A DNA stretch of 64,000 nt from a virus (IMGVR_UViG_3300001580_000006:1-64000), one strand, 5' to 3'. Shown: positions 7,313-18,246, counted from the stretch's first letter. The notes: a model not told the origin generated them from the sequence alone. Made by a program: numbers and translations.

Positions 7313-8091
7313 CAATAGATCGCATAGCAAAAGAAGAGGAAGAGATTTCTCTTAATCAAGCAATTGAGGAATTCATTGCGTTGATGCCATTTGCTAGTCT
7401 TCCTGAGGCGTATAAGGCGAAGCATATACTGAAGAGGTATGAAGCAAGGAAGATGAGCGATCAGATCCAGTTGAATATTGTTCGCCCAGGCTCATCGCTG
7501 CCAATGTTGTGCCGTGGTCCGTCGTGCCACATAAAACATCAATGTGCATTTAACAATGCCGAAGGCGGAGCAGTCACATTTCCTATAGGCGCTCCTTGTC
7601 CAGTAGAAGCCAGTTTAATAGAATTTTGGCGCAATGATTATTATAGAACTCTTAACATAGACCGCAGTGATAAAGTTGAACGTGATAGAACTGAGGAGCT
7701 GGTAGAGCTTGACCTAACCGTATGGAGAATTAACACCGTAATAGCTGCAAATGGCTATACGGTGGACAATGCAGTTGGAGTAAGCAATACTGGAGCTCCG
7801 TTATTTAAGAAAGAACTCAATCCGCTATTAGAAGCCAAAGATAAGGCAAGCCGTAGAAAAGATAAAATCCTAAATGAGTTTATATCTACTCGTGACTCTA
7901 GAGAGAGGTCTGCTGTACGTAGAGCCAAAATACAGTCAATGCAAAACACTGGTGACTGGTTTAAGATTCTACGTGACAAGGCAGCCGCTGCCGGCATAGA
8001 TTCTGGTAGCTTTAAGTCTCCAGTTGAGATTGCTATGGAAAAAGTTGAAGCAACTAAACAAATAGAACAGGCTGCAGCAAAGAATGGCTAA
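7297..8091 (+). CDS. terminase small subunit-like protein
   Basis: I...G......G.....ELNPLL...K...RKDKILNEFISTR.SR resembles the P27-family TerS; Cys cluster; lies upstream of TerL. Confidence 0.55.
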   Translation: MPDEITIDRIAKEEEEISLNQAIEEFIALMPFASLPEAYKAKHILKRYEARKMSDQIQLNIVRPGSSLPMLCRGPSCHIKHQCAFNNAEGGAVTFPIGAPCPVEASLIEFWRNDYYRTLNIDRSDKVERDRTEELVELDLTVWRINTVIAANGYTVDNAVGVSNTGAPLFKKELNPLLEAKDKASRRKDKILNEFISTRDSRERSAVRRAKIQSMQNTGDWFKILRDKAAAAGIDSGSFKSPVEIAMEKVEATKQIEQAAAKNG

Positions 8092-8617
8092 GTCACGTAA
8101 GCCGCTCTCAGCCGAACATAAAGCAAAGATATCAAGTGCCAGACTTGGTAAGAAACACTCTGCCGATACAAAAGCAAAGATATCTGCATCGAAGATCGGT
8201 AAGAAGCGTTCGGCAGATATGATAGCAAAGATGTGTGCCCGAAGACAGTCTGAAGAAGTCAAGGAAAAACTACGCAAACTAAATCTTGGTAAACCGCGCC
8301 CCGATTACCTTGGTAATAAGAATCCATTTTGGAAAGGTGGCATTACGGCGGCAAACTGGGGGCTAAATAAAGCACTACGTTCAACATTTGAGTATCGTCA
8401 GTGGCGTTCAGATGTTTATACTAGAGATAATTTTACTTGCCAGGATTGTGGAGATAATAAAGGCGGTAACCTAGAGGCTCATCACAAAAAGGGATTTCAG
8501 CAAATAATAAATGAACACAAAATAACTACAGTCGAACAAGCTTTAGCCTGTGAGGAACTGTGGAATATTAATAATGGCGTTACTTTGTGCAAAGACTGTC
8601 ATAAGAGGTATAAGTAA
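8084..8617 (+). CDS. HNH homing endonuclease, NUMOD3 repeats (family A)
   Basis: SAEHKAKIS/SADTKAKIS; WKGGIT; RDNFTCQDCG; AHHKK; TLCKDCH. Confidence 0.88.
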   Translation: MAKSRKPLSAEHKAKISSARLGKKHSADTKAKISASKIGKKRSADMIAKMCARRQSEEVKEKLRKLNLGKPRPDYLGNKNPFWKGGITAANWGLNKALRSTFEYRQWRSDVYTRDNFTCQDCGDNKGGNLEAHHKKGFQQIINEHKITTVEQALACEELWNINNGVTLCKDCHKRYK

Positions 8618-9279
8618 TGGCAAACTTTGGACCGTGGTTCCGCTCGTTTACCGGTAATAACCTGAAGTCTACGTGGGAAAAAGTCAGTAAATCTTGGCTA
8701 AAGTCCACTGATAAAAAAGCATTCTATGGTAGTTTAAAGGAGACCAGTAAGGAGTTCTTAATGAACTCTACCGACTTCGAGCGCTACGCAATCTCCGAAG
8801 TAACCACTTCGTGGCTTCCGGTGGTAGGGGATCCAATCCAGCTAGCAATGTTAAATTACTTCAAACGTGCAGGCTTAGCGGCAACCAACCTATCTCCTAT
8901 TCAGAAACAGGCATCAAATATACTTGGTCTATCACTTGGCGTTGGCGCTACTATTACAGCAGTCCGCGCATTTAATAAACTACGTAGAAGCGACGACGAT
9001 CCTTATGCAAAACCCCCAAGATACCGTAAGGCATATAGTAGGCTACACGCCATGGAGCACGGACAACCATTTTTTGGCTCTGGTGCGGTAACTGATGAGA
9101 TATTAAGACACGGCGTAAAAACATTGCAATCAGCGTCACTTAAGCCAATACACATAAAGCCATTGTTAAACCCCAAGGCTGGCGGAATGGTGCAAGAACT
9201 AGCCCGCACAGCAAATACCCACCACTTAATAGGAAGTGCGGCTACCGATTTCAACATTAGTCGCCTATTTAGATTTTAA
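8617..9279 (+). CDS. hypothetical protein, candidate internal/ejected virion protein
   Basis: Basic, with one Gly/Ala hydrophobic segment (ILGLSLGVGATITAV); translationally coupled. Confidence 0.45.
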   Translation: MANFGPWFRSFTGNNLKSTWEKVSKSWLKSTDKKAFYGSLKETSKEFLMNSTDFERYAISEVTTSWLPVVGDPIQLAMLNYFKRAGLAATNLSPIQKQASNILGLSLGVGATITAVRAFNKLRRSDDDPYAKPPRYRKAYSRLHAMEHGQPFFGSGAVTDEILRHGVKTLQSASLKPIHIKPLLNPKAGGMVQELARTANTHHLIGSAATDFNISRLFRF

Positions 9280-9725
9280 TGGCAAGTTGGTTTGAAAAAG
9301 CAAAAGGCCACATGTGGCAATCACCCAAGGGGTCTGGGGCCTGGACAGCCAAACTGTCTGAGTCTAGGTGGGGGTCGTTCAGGGGATTGGGCAAGAGCCC
9401 CATACCTCGACCCGTGCCGGCCGCAGCTGCCAAGATTTCCTCAGCTGTAGCTAAAGGATCCAGCAGATTAAAATGGGGCAGGGCCCTAACCATCGGTGGG
9501 GCTGCTGCTGCGGCAGCTCTTGGCGTGGCCGCAGGTGGAATAGCTGCCATGACTTCTGTGAACCCATACATAAACCGTCGTCGTAAAAGCAACGGCGTAC
9601 CTATGCAATCTATCGGTCCAGGGTATCCAACATTTAGTGGCGGGCACGGCCCAATGTCGTCAAATAATCTTGGAACTGCCGGCCTATCACAAGCACTCTA
9701 CAACACAAGAAGAAAACAGCACTGA
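9279..9725 (+). CDS. hypothetical Gly/Ala-rich protein, candidate internal/ejected virion protein
   Basis: TIGGAAAAAALGVAAGGIAAM segment; very basic. Confidence 0.45.
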   Translation: MASWFEKAKGHMWQSPKGSGAWTAKLSESRWGSFRGLGKSPIPRPVPAAAAKISSAVAKGSSRLKWGRALTIGGAAAAAALGVAAGGIAAMTSVNPYINRRRKSNGVPMQSIGPGYPTFSGGHGPMSSNNLGTAGLSQALYNTRRKQH

Positions 9726-9734
9726 CCGACTTTT

Positions 9735-10325
9735 ATGAGTAAGAATAAAGGTACATTCGAATCACTGATTGGCCGGATATTTGGAAAATTAACCGTTCTG
9801 TCCCGCCTGCCAAATGACAAATTTGGTACAGCCAAGTGGTTGTGTCAGTGCGAATGTGGGCATCAGACCAACACAAGAACTACCAAATTGATATCTGGAA
9901 AAATAACACAGTGCCAAAGTTGTAACCGTAAAGGTAACATCGATAGAAGACTGCCTCCTGGCGAGTATGGCTTTAACAATCATTATCGTAGTATACAACG
10001 CGGCGCGGAGAAGCGCAGAATAGAATTCTCCCTCACGAAAGGCCAAGTTCGTGAGTTAAATCAGCGCCCGTGCTACTACTGTGGCTGTCCTCCGTCTCAA
10101 ATATATAATGGAACCAGGGCAAAATCAGTCACCGCTGCTGGGCGCCTTCATGCGGCATATACCTATAATGGTGTGGACCGGGTTGATAATACAAAAGGCT
10201 ATACCATTGATAACTGTGTTCCCTGCTGTAAGGTCTGTAATTGGATGAAATCGGATTTGCCCTATGAGGATTTTATTACCCACATCGAGCAGATTCTGGC
10301 GATTCATAAGAAGGCAGTTGAATAA
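9735..10325 (+). CDS. HNH-type homing endonuclease (family C)
   Basis: LIGRIFGKLTV..WLCQCECG N-domain; CYYCG..NGVDRVDNTKGYTIDNCVPCCKVCNWMK. Confidence 0.85.
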   Translation: MSKNKGTFESLIGRIFGKLTVLSRLPNDKFGTAKWLCQCECGHQTNTRTTKLISGKITQCQSCNRKGNIDRRLPPGEYGFNNHYRSIQRGAEKRRIEFSLTKGQVRELNQRPCYYCGCPPSQIYNGTRAKSVTAAGRLHAAYTYNGVDRVDNTKGYTIDNCVPCCKVCNWMKSDLPYEDFITHIEQILAIHKKAVE

Positions 10326-11488
10326 TGGATCAAGTAACTAGCATACAGGGCCCCGGAACAATAAGCGGTGCCGAGGAATTAGCAACTGCCCCGATGTCTG
10401 AAAAGCCCGGGGTAGCAAAATCTATTCTCGGCGAGATATATGGGCACCCGGTAAGAAACCTAGCGTATCAATACTACTTAACTCCTTGGAATATACGTCC
10501 AGGGATGAAATGGCACGGTGCGTTTGGTTGGAAGGGTATTGCTGGAACATCCAACAACCCGCTTAACCCAGTAGTGGCTGCTAGGTATGGTGCAGGTAGA
10601 GCCGCAGCAGGAATTACTGGCAAGGTTGGTCTTAGCGGCACCAGTTCATTCTTTAATGCCTTCGCTGGTGGTGGGTTTGCTCAGATCTCAAAACAAATGC
10701 AAGCAACTAGTCCAGCCACAACTGCTGTTTTTAGTGCACTTAGTAAACTGACTGGCGGAACACCCACTTCTCATATTGGCGTGTTTGGCTATGGCTTAAT
10801 GGGCGGGATCAAGCCCGGTGTTATAAAAGGATTTCAAACGGCTGCAACACAGAACTGGGGTAGAGGCCAGATGCGGATGGCTGAAGTATTTGGCCCAGAA
10901 GTAACTGGAGGGTGGACCGGAGTAAACCCAAGCTTAACCTCCTATTTGGAGAAAAACACCGCCAATTTTGTTGGAAACTTTGCTGGTAAGGCTACGGCTC
11001 TTACAGAAAAATATGCATCCAACTGGAATGCAATTAGAACAATCGGTGGCGGAGTGCGCAGCGCGTTTGGCGGCTCATCCACAAGTTTATATGAGAAGTT
11101 GGCTGGCGACGCGGTAAAGAAATTTGGTCTTACTAGGGCGTCCGCTACAGCAGAGGCAACTGCTTTCCTACGCGGCAACGCAATAATGTTTGGGCTAAGA
11201 ACAGCGGCTACCGCCTCTCTAATATATGATATAGGAAAGTTTGCTACAAAGCAAACTTACAAATTAACTAAGTATGCGCTTGAAGGCAGCAGTGCTGCAG
11301 TTGAGGGTATATTATCCCAAGAATGGGGGACTGGCCAACTATCACCTGGGTTTATGGCAGCTAACTCAATGACTGAAAGGCAGAGAGCTCTTAGCGAAAT
11401 CAATCGCTCTTCTATGAATGCTAGAAGCCTACTAGGCAACGAAGCCTCCCTATCTGCTCGTACTTATCTAGGCGGCAGAATTATATGA
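10325..11488 (+). CDS. Gly/Ala-rich protein, candidate internal/ejected virion protein
   Basis: 387 aa, G/A-rich, Cys-free, directly upstream of TerL. Confidence 0.45.
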   Translation: MDQVTSIQGPGTISGAEELATAPMSEKPGVAKSILGEIYGHPVRNLAYQYYLTPWNIRPGMKWHGAFGWKGIAGTSNNPLNPVVAARYGAGRAAAGITGKVGLSGTSSFFNAFAGGGFAQISKQMQATSPATTAVFSALSKLTGGTPTSHIGVFGYGLMGGIKPGVIKGFQTAATQNWGRGQMRMAEVFGPEVTGGWTGVNPSLTSYLEKNTANFVGNFAGKATALTEKYASNWNAIRTIGGGVRSAFGGSSTSLYEKLAGDAVKKFGLTRASATAEATAFLRGNAIMFGLRTAATASLIYDIGKFATKQTYKLTKYALEGSSAAVEGILSQEWGTGQLSPGFMAANSMTERQRALSEINRSSMNARSLLGNEASLSARTYLGGRII

Positions 11489-13419
11489 TGCTAGAAGCAG
11501 TAGAACAAGTAGACATATCAAAATTTCTTATCTCCGACGACTACGACCAGCGCAAAGAGGAAGCCGAAGACAAAGAGTGGCTAGAGTCGTCGGCACAGAA
11601 GCTGCAGTCATTTGAAGACATGCTTACTGAGCTACGTCCTGACCAGTTAGCACAACAACTTACCACTTGGAATCTACCATCGGCTTGGGCGGAGACTTAC
11701 TTAAATCACCCCGATGATCCCGCAAAGCCACTAGAGCTAAAGAACTTTCAAACCACTATTATAAATGACTGGCACCCAAACGTAGTATTGCGTATTGGCC
11801 GCCAGCAGGGTAAATCAGTGGTCCTGTGTTGCAGGGCAATCTGGTATTGCATGCGACACCCAAATAAAACATTCCTTATAGCTACGCCAACTAGAGCACA
11901 GGTATGGCGTTTATTCGAGGCTGTATCAAACCTAGCATATAATCTCATTCTGCAAGAGCAGATAAAAGTTACCCGCGGTAACCCTATGATAGTCCGTTTT
12001 CCAAATGGATCCAAAATCGTAGGATTTACTGTAGGCACTAAGTCTGGTAGAAAAGCTTTTGGTGTTCGTGGTCAGATGGCCGACGTGCTAGCTCTCGACG
12101 AGGCTGATTTAATGAGCGAGGGAGACGTATCTACCCTATACGCTATTAAAAACAACCTGAAAGAAAAGCTACACTTCTGGATGTCGTCAACCCCAACAGG
12201 GGAGCGAAAGCAGTTCTACACAGCCTGCACTAAGGCTAATGAATTAGGCTACCATCACTATCACTTCCGCCCAGAGGAGCTGCCCGGGTATAACGCAGAG
12301 ACTGACAAAGAACTCCGTCAGATGATTCCACTGGACGAATACGAACATGAAATCTTGGCTGAGTTTGGGTCCATCGCCGCCGGCGTATTCCGTACGGATC
12401 TGCTAGAAGACGCTATGGACGACAAATCAATGCCTCCTTTCATCGACGGCGTTCTTACTACCTATGATACTGCAAAGTATCTTCCAGTTAACGAAGCTCG
12501 CCTGTACACTATCGGCGTGGATTGGAATACGGCATCTGTCGGCCAGGCTATCACCGTAATGGAATGGAATATCCAAACGAAGAAAGCTCGCATATGGCTA
12601 CAAGAAGAAATACCTGGTAAGTTATATTCCCACTCTGATGCTGTTAATAGAATAATCCAGCTCACTAAGTTGCTAGACCCAGACACTATTGCTGTAGACC
12701 ACGGCTTTGGCGATGCAGATATCGAACGGCTGCGTATGGCAGATGATGACCACGTTGGGCTAAACATGAAAAATCGCTTAATGGTCGTTAACTTTGGTGT
12801 AGACATAGAGATCGAAGACCCGATGACCAGAGAGATAGTTCGTAAGGATGCAAAGCCGCTGGTTATCAACTCTACTGTTATGCTACTTGAAAATCATATG
12901 TTATCTCTACCAAAAGTCTGGGACACTAAGAACAGACTTATAGATGATATGCGTCATTATATGATCATGCGAAAGTCAGAAGCCGGCTCAACGATTTATA
13001 CTAAAACAAATGATCACAGAATTATATCATTCTGTCTAGCCAATTTTGCTATTTCGTTGAAAGGAAACATTCTTATACCCGGGCGCACAGGTGCAGTAGA
13101 GCGCATAGTGATGAAAAACTCAGACATTTGGTCCACTTTAATAGATAAGCATCCATCAGCTAGTCGCACTAGTAGTATAGAGTCTATTAATTACTTCAAT
13201 AAGTCGTCAAAGAAGCAGTGGAATTCTAGTATAGCTGCATCTAAGTCTAGAGAAAGTAGTGATGAAGTAACGATAAAGCAGTTTAAGAAGCAACTTGCTG
13301 GAGGTGGAAAGCCCATTTTAGCAGGAAGAGTCTCGTGGGCCAACCGTCGAGCTGCCGGAATACCAACTAGTTTAGTAAACACGCCATTTTTATCACGCAG
13401 CGGTAGAAGAATTAAGTGA
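11485..13419 (+). CDS. terL: terminase large subunit
   Basis: Walker A IGRQQGKS, Walker B VLALDEAD, coupling motif SSTPTG, RNase H-like nuclease IGVDWN..AVDHGFG..NDH. Confidence 0.93.
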   Translation: MMLEAVEQVDISKFLISDDYDQRKEEAEDKEWLESSAQKLQSFEDMLTELRPDQLAQQLTTWNLPSAWAETYLNHPDDPAKPLELKNFQTTIINDWHPNVVLRIGRQQGKSVVLCCRAIWYCMRHPNKTFLIATPTRAQVWRLFEAVSNLAYNLILQEQIKVTRGNPMIVRFPNGSKIVGFTVGTKSGRKAFGVRGQMADVLALDEADLMSEGDVSTLYAIKNNLKEKLHFWMSSTPTGERKQFYTACTKANELGYHHYHFRPEELPGYNAETDKELRQMIPLDEYEHEILAEFGSIAAGVFRTDLLEDAMDDKSMPPFIDGVLTTYDTAKYLPVNEARLYTIGVDWNTASVGQAITVMEWNIQTKKARIWLQEEIPGKLYSHSDAVNRIIQLTKLLDPDTIAVDHGFGDADIERLRMADDDHVGLNMKNRLMVVNFGVDIEIEDPMTREIVRKDAKPLVINSTVMLLENHMLSLPKVWDTKNRLIDDMRHYMIMRKSEAGSTIYTKTNDHRIISFCLANFAISLKGNILIPGRTGAVERIVMKNSDIWSTLIDKHPSASRTSSIESINYFNKSSKKQWNSSIAASKSRESSDEVTIKQFKKQLAGGGKPILAGRVSWANRRAAGIPTSLVNTPFLSRSGRRIK

Positions 13420-14045
13420 TTAAAAACAACACTTTTCCTAAATTAGGTCACCAGTGCTCAGAAGAGACTAAGGCCAAGTTGCGGACTGCCGCGCTTGCTC
13501 GTGGAGCTAAACCGCCATCCCGCAAAGGTTGTCGTGCGTCAGAAGAAACGCGTATAAGAATAGGCGTAGGACACCTTGGCGGGCGTAGGTCTGCCGAAAC
13601 CAAAGCTAAGATGCGGGAGGCCTCACTTGGTAAAACTATGTCTATGGAGGCTAGGTCAAAAATGGGCTCCTCCAAGCGTGGCATGCCTCTATCTACTGAA
13701 CACAAGAGAAAGATAAGCGAGGCCCTCTCTAAAGAAAAAGCCCCAAACTGGAAAGGTGGTATTACAGCAGTAAACTGGGGATTAAGTAAAGCACTGCGCT
13801 CCACATTTGAGTATCGTCAGTGGCGCTCCGATATATTTACCCGGGACAACTTCACTTGTCAAGGTTGCGGAAAACGCGGTTCGTATCTTCACGCACACCA
13901 TAAAAAGCACCTCCAAGATATCATAAATGAGTATAACATAACTACAGTTGAGCAAGCTTTAGTTTGTGAAGAATTGTGGAATATTAATAATGGCACGACC
14001 CTTTGTAAGGGCTGCCACAAGAAGAGGCATCAAAGACGTGCGTAG
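13416..14045 (+). CDS. HNH homing endonuclease, NUMOD3 repeats (family A)
   Basis: CSEETKAKL/SAETKAKM/STEHKRKIS; WKGGIT; RDNFTCQGCG; AHHKK; TLCKGCH. Confidence 0.88.
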   Translation: MIKNNTFPKLGHQCSEETKAKLRTAALARGAKPPSRKGCRASEETRIRIGVGHLGGRRSAETKAKMREASLGKTMSMEARSKMGSSKRGMPLSTEHKRKISEALSKEKAPNWKGGITAVNWGLSKALRSTFEYRQWRSDIFTRDNFTCQGCGKRGSYLHAHHKKHLQDIINEYNITTVEQALVCEELWNINNGTTLCKGCHKKRHQRRA

Positions 14046-16521
14046 TCTTCAGGAGTTTAAATGGGTACCACGCCCAATCAGCCTGCCAGGCAAAGCCACT
14101 GCTGAGCTTACGTCAGGGCAAACGGATTTATTGGACGAGCTTATCGAACTGAAGAATGATTTCGATGAGGTTGACGACCTATTTAATAGTGTATATGACC
14201 TACTTGATAAGTCATTGGCTAATATGTCGCTGATACCTGATCCAGCTGATAAAGCCTTAGCCAAATCACTTGAATCTTTTGGTTCTCCTGGGAAAATAAC
14301 CAAAGAGGTTATTGACCGAGCTAACTTAGTGCTAGCTGCGCCAATGGGCATTCTTCCATACGACATTGGAAGCACTAAGAATGAGTTCTATACTAGTAGC
14401 AATGTATTTGAAAGCTGTCAGCACTACTCAGAGGCGGTTAGGGCTGCCATTACCGGTAGCCTGAACCCAAACAGTTGGGTGGTTTCAAGTGCTGCCGGCT
14501 ATAACGACAAAGTGCAATCTATAGGACGCAAGAAAGCCATTAAGATGGTGTGGCTTGCGATAATGGAATTCCTTATAGACTTACTGGAAAAAATGCTAAA
14601 GCCTCTTACTTACACGCCGGCCAGGCCGGCTGTAAAGAAGATGATATCCAAACTGCGTAAGGCCAATAGAGATGCACAGCGCAATTTACTAAGAGTAGAT
14701 CCTATTGGGCAGTATAGCCCAAACACCTCTGCTACCAGATATGAAATCTGGATGAAAATAAGTACCATACGTTGGAGTTTATCAGTACCAACTACAGGTG
14801 TCGAGTGGGATGTTGCCATGGACGCCAGCGGTAAACCATACCAAAAGGTATCAGACATTCCACCATCGTATATTAGATCCATATTGCTTGAGCCTGATAA
14901 TAGTGGTGAGGCTTCTCGCAATCTTGGAAAAACATATTATGGCTGGGATAGGGTTTCGGCTAACAATGTTACCTCATATTCATACTTCTCATTGCCATTA
15001 ATACCTCGTCCAAGCTACAATAGTCCGCTTAGTAGTGTAGTACAATACTTTGTAATTGATACTACAGTTCAATACATGGATCAAGATAGTTGGACCATCA
15101 AATACTATCCTACTGAAGTAGATGAAGAGCTGAGGGAGACAGCAAATGACTGCACAGCCCACGCTATGCGGATATTAAATGCTGCTGATTCCTTACATTT
15201 AGAGCCTTCCCTAGACGAAAAAGACTACCCAAGCCAAACGTGGTCGATATATAGGACATTAGGATCCGTTCGGTCAGGGTATGATGCTGCCAAGACGATA
15301 ACCAAATCAACCTTTATTGCCTCGTCAAACCTATTCGAAGCTGCTGGCCTAGATTCTAGTTGGATAGATAGTTTTGGCAAAGAAGCCAATGATCATACTT
15401 TTGGGTGGGCTGAGAAGCAACTATCTGAAGTATACAGAGACTATCAAGACTTGATGAAAAAGCTTCCAGACCTTAAAGACCCAAACAATGTCATTCTGGG
15501 AAAAACTCTATTTGGCAAGAAGTGGCAAAGAGATATGACCAAGAGAATGCTAGGTTCTATCAAAACCCTCCTTAGGTCTTTAGAGGTTGATCTTAAGAAC
15601 TGGATGCACGATAGAACTATATTATGCTGCTTCCTACAGAACACCGCACTGTCTGCTCGCAAATGGCGTCCATATATAAAGATTCTGCGTCTGGCTATAT
15701 CCCTGCTTCGCAACAAAGGTGCTAACTTAATAAAAGCAACCTTAGCTGATTTACTAGATATAGGTAAGCTTATATATAATACTGCAGTATCAGTCGTTCT
15801 TGCATTGCTTCAAGCACTAATTCAAACTGGTATTAACTGGGCACGCAATGCCGTTGAGAAAGAGTTTACTTCAGTGATGAGCCCAAAGAATGCTCTGCAG
15901 TGCCTACCATTAAAAGCATTTGCTTTTAGCATTCTTGGTGGGCTTGAGTTAATAGAACAAGAAATAATGGCCTATCTAAAAGATTTCTTCACTATGCAGG
16001 ATTCGGCCATTAAAATGGTCCAGATTGCTAGTGAGCAGTCAAAGTTTAATGATTGGCTAGATCACATAGATAAAGCGTTGGCGGCTCTAGATGTTGCATT
16101 ACAGAATGAACTAATTTGTAAAAACGGTATAGCTGTTAACGCGGTTGACATTCCAGATACAGGTGCTAATCTAACAATTGATATTTCTGACCCAATCGAA
16201 AGACCGGATATAGTTCCAATGGTAATTTCGACCATCACTGAGAAGATTGATGAGTCTAATTTGTCTTCCGGCCCCATATCTACTGCTGAGCTAATACAAT
16301 TTTATCAATCGTTTATGCACTACACGCCAGCTCAGATATCTCAGGCTATGACTGGTGACTGGACCGATACGAAGGAACGAATGGCGCAACTAGCTATGCT
16401 AGTTCCAGAATTTAACACTATGGTTGGAAACGGTACTTGTTTGGATAAGCTCTCTGCTGCAGAAAGACAAGAAGCCGAACAACGTATTCAACAACTGCAA
16501 GAGCTGGAAAATCGGAGGTAA
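14038..16521 (+). CDS. large hypothetical protein between TerL and portal
   Basis: Long ORF; start uncertain (13966, 13990, or GTG 14038 after GAGG); helical with amphipathic segments. Confidence 0.6.
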   Translation: MRSLQEFKWVPRPISLPGKATAELTSGQTDLLDELIELKNDFDEVDDLFNSVYDLLDKSLANMSLIPDPADKALAKSLESFGSPGKITKEVIDRANLVLAAPMGILPYDIGSTKNEFYTSSNVFESCQHYSEAVRAAITGSLNPNSWVVSSAAGYNDKVQSIGRKKAIKMVWLAIMEFLIDLLEKMLKPLTYTPARPAVKKMISKLRKANRDAQRNLLRVDPIGQYSPNTSATRYEIWMKISTIRWSLSVPTTGVEWDVAMDASGKPYQKVSDIPPSYIRSILLEPDNSGEASRNLGKTYYGWDRVSANNVTSYSYFSLPLIPRPSYNSPLSSVVQYFVIDTTVQYMDQDSWTIKYYPTEVDEELRETANDCTAHAMRILNAADSLHLEPSLDEKDYPSQTWSIYRTLGSVRSGYDAAKTITKSTFIASSNLFEAAGLDSSWIDSFGKEANDHTFGWAEKQLSEVYRDYQDLMKKLPDLKDPNNVILGKTLFGKKWQRDMTKRMLGSIKTLLRSLEVDLKNWMHDRTILCCFLQNTALSARKWRPYIKILRLAISLLRNKGANLIKATLADLLDIGKLIYNTAVSVVLALLQALIQTGINWARNAVEKEFTSVMSPKNALQCLPLKAFAFSILGGLELIEQEIMAYLKDFFTMQDSAIKMVQIASEQSKFNDWLDHIDKALAALDVALQNELICKNGIAVNAVDIPDTGANLTIDISDPIERPDIVPMVISTITEKIDESNLSSGPISTAELIQFYQSFMHYTPAQISQAMTGDWTDTKERMAQLAMLVPEFNTMVGNGTCLDKLSAAERQEAEQRIQQLQELENRR

Positions 16522-16524
16522 GCT

Positions 16525-18246
16525 ATGTCCCTAATCATTGCTGGCTCACTGCCTGCTACAATATCGGCTCAGGACCAAGAGCTGAAAAAGCGTGCTCCTT
16601 TAGCTAGAAGTGTTGGTTTAAAAACTAAGCCAATGCGCACTAGTTTGGTGCATGACGGCGAGAAAGATGCCAAGCGAAATGGTGATCCAGCTGACGTAAG
16701 GCCGCAGTTGTATGACTATGAGTCTATACGTAGGTTGCTAAATATTGAATCGTACTTCTCTAGGATTTGCTGGAAGTATGTAGAACAGATATGGAGCCGC
16801 GGTTGGGACATAGTATCTAAAACTCCGACAATCTCAGCCTATATTAAAAAGAGATTGGCACAAATAGCATACGTATCAGATTACACCACACACGAGTTAC
16901 TAGTAGATACCGCTATACAGTTAGTTGCGTATAGTAACGTGTATATCAAGAAAATCAGAAAACTTGAATCATCTGGTGGTGCAGCATATTATATTGGTGG
17001 AAAAAAGATACTACCAATCGCTGCTTTGGTAGTTCTAGATACTCCATCTGTTCGAGCTCTTAGAAACGAGTTTGGTATTCCTGTAGTTTATCAGCAAAGA
17101 GTTCGCGAGCAAACTCCAAGTGGATATGTAGATATATACGAAGACATTTCTCCACAAGACATAATCCACATTACATTCCATCGCGATGCCGGATTTAGCG
17201 AAGGCACGCCGATGGTGATTCCTGTTATAGATGACATTGCCGCTCTCCGTAGGTTAGAGGAAACCGCTGAAATTATAGCCTTCCAGGCGTCCATACCGAT
17301 CTATCACTTTAAAGCTGGAACAGAAAAGTCACCTGCCGGTGCCCCAGAAGTAGACGATCTTGAGTCTAGAGTATCGGAGATGCTTGCCCATGGAGCTCTA
17401 ATTACTAACGAGCGCATGACAGCTGCCGTTATCCAGGCTGAGGCCGAAATTACTAGCATACTTGAGTTCATCCAGTACTATAAAGGCAGAGTACTTATGG
17501 GCCTAGGAACGTCTGGAGTAATGGTTGGCGAATCAAGTACCTCTAATAGAGATACTTCGTTAGTGCTGACTAACGAAATGCATCAAGTAACTAGAATGAT
17601 GCAAAGGGCTATTAAGGAGGCATTCGATCATCGCATATTTACCGATCTTCTATTAGAGGGGTCAGTGGATATCTTTGATTCCAGATACACAGCTCAACTA
17701 TATATTCCAGAAATAGATGTAGATGCACAGAGAGCGCACCAAGACCACGGCCTACTTCTATATCAGGGTGGAGCAATTGGCGAGACAGAGCTTCGTGGTG
17801 CTTATCTTGGCCTAGACCCAATAGATGATTCTCAAAGAGAAGATATGTACCTAGAGAGATTCATTATACCTAAGATTGTAGCAACGGGTCAGGCTGCTGC
17901 TGATGCCAAAATCGCTGGCGCCGAAGCCTCCGCTAAGAAAACGCAATCGCAATCGAGGCCTACCAACCAACATGGTACAAAGGCTGCTCCAGCAAAGAAA
18001 GCTAAAAGAGATGCTATGGCCGCAGTGGAGAAAGAGGTAAGAGGCACTGCGTCAGCAGAAGACTGGATGCGAATCGCTACGGATGCGTTTGATCTTACAG
18101 ACAAAGCAAAGGTAAAGCTTCACATAATATTCCGTGATAATGAGATAATACTTAAGAACTCCGTTATACCTGATCTTACAGAATTAACATACGATGAAAT
18201 AATTAGCGCAATATCAACCATTGTGCCGGAGGAGTCCGTTAAATGA
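16525..18246 (+). CDS. portal protein
   Basis: QLVAYSNVYIKK, IIHITFHRDAG..GTPMVIPVIDDI..LRRLEE and VLMGLG..V.VG.....NR portal signature; position after TerL. Confidence 0.85.
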   Translation: MSLIIAGSLPATISAQDQELKKRAPLARSVGLKTKPMRTSLVHDGEKDAKRNGDPADVRPQLYDYESIRRLLNIESYFSRICWKYVEQIWSRGWDIVSKTPTISAYIKKRLAQIAYVSDYTTHELLVDTAIQLVAYSNVYIKKIRKLESSGGAAYYIGGKKILPIAALVVLDTPSVRALRNEFGIPVVYQQRVREQTPSGYVDIYEDISPQDIIHITFHRDAGFSEGTPMVIPVIDDIAALRRLEETAEIIAFQASIPIYHFKAGTEKSPAGAPEVDDLESRVSEMLAHGALITNERMTAAVIQAEAEITSILEFIQYYKGRVLMGLGTSGVMVGESSTSNRDTSLVLTNEMHQVTRMMQRAIKEAFDHRIFTDLLLEGSVDIFDSRYTAQLYIPEIDVDAQRAHQDHGLLLYQGGAIGETELRGAYLGLDPIDDSQREDMYLERFIIPKIVATGQAAADAKIAGAEASAKKTQSQSRPTNQHGTKAAPAKKAKRDAMAAVEKEVRGTASAEDWMRIATDAFDLTDKAKVKLHIIFRDNEIILKNSVIPDLTELTYDEIISAISTIVPEESVK

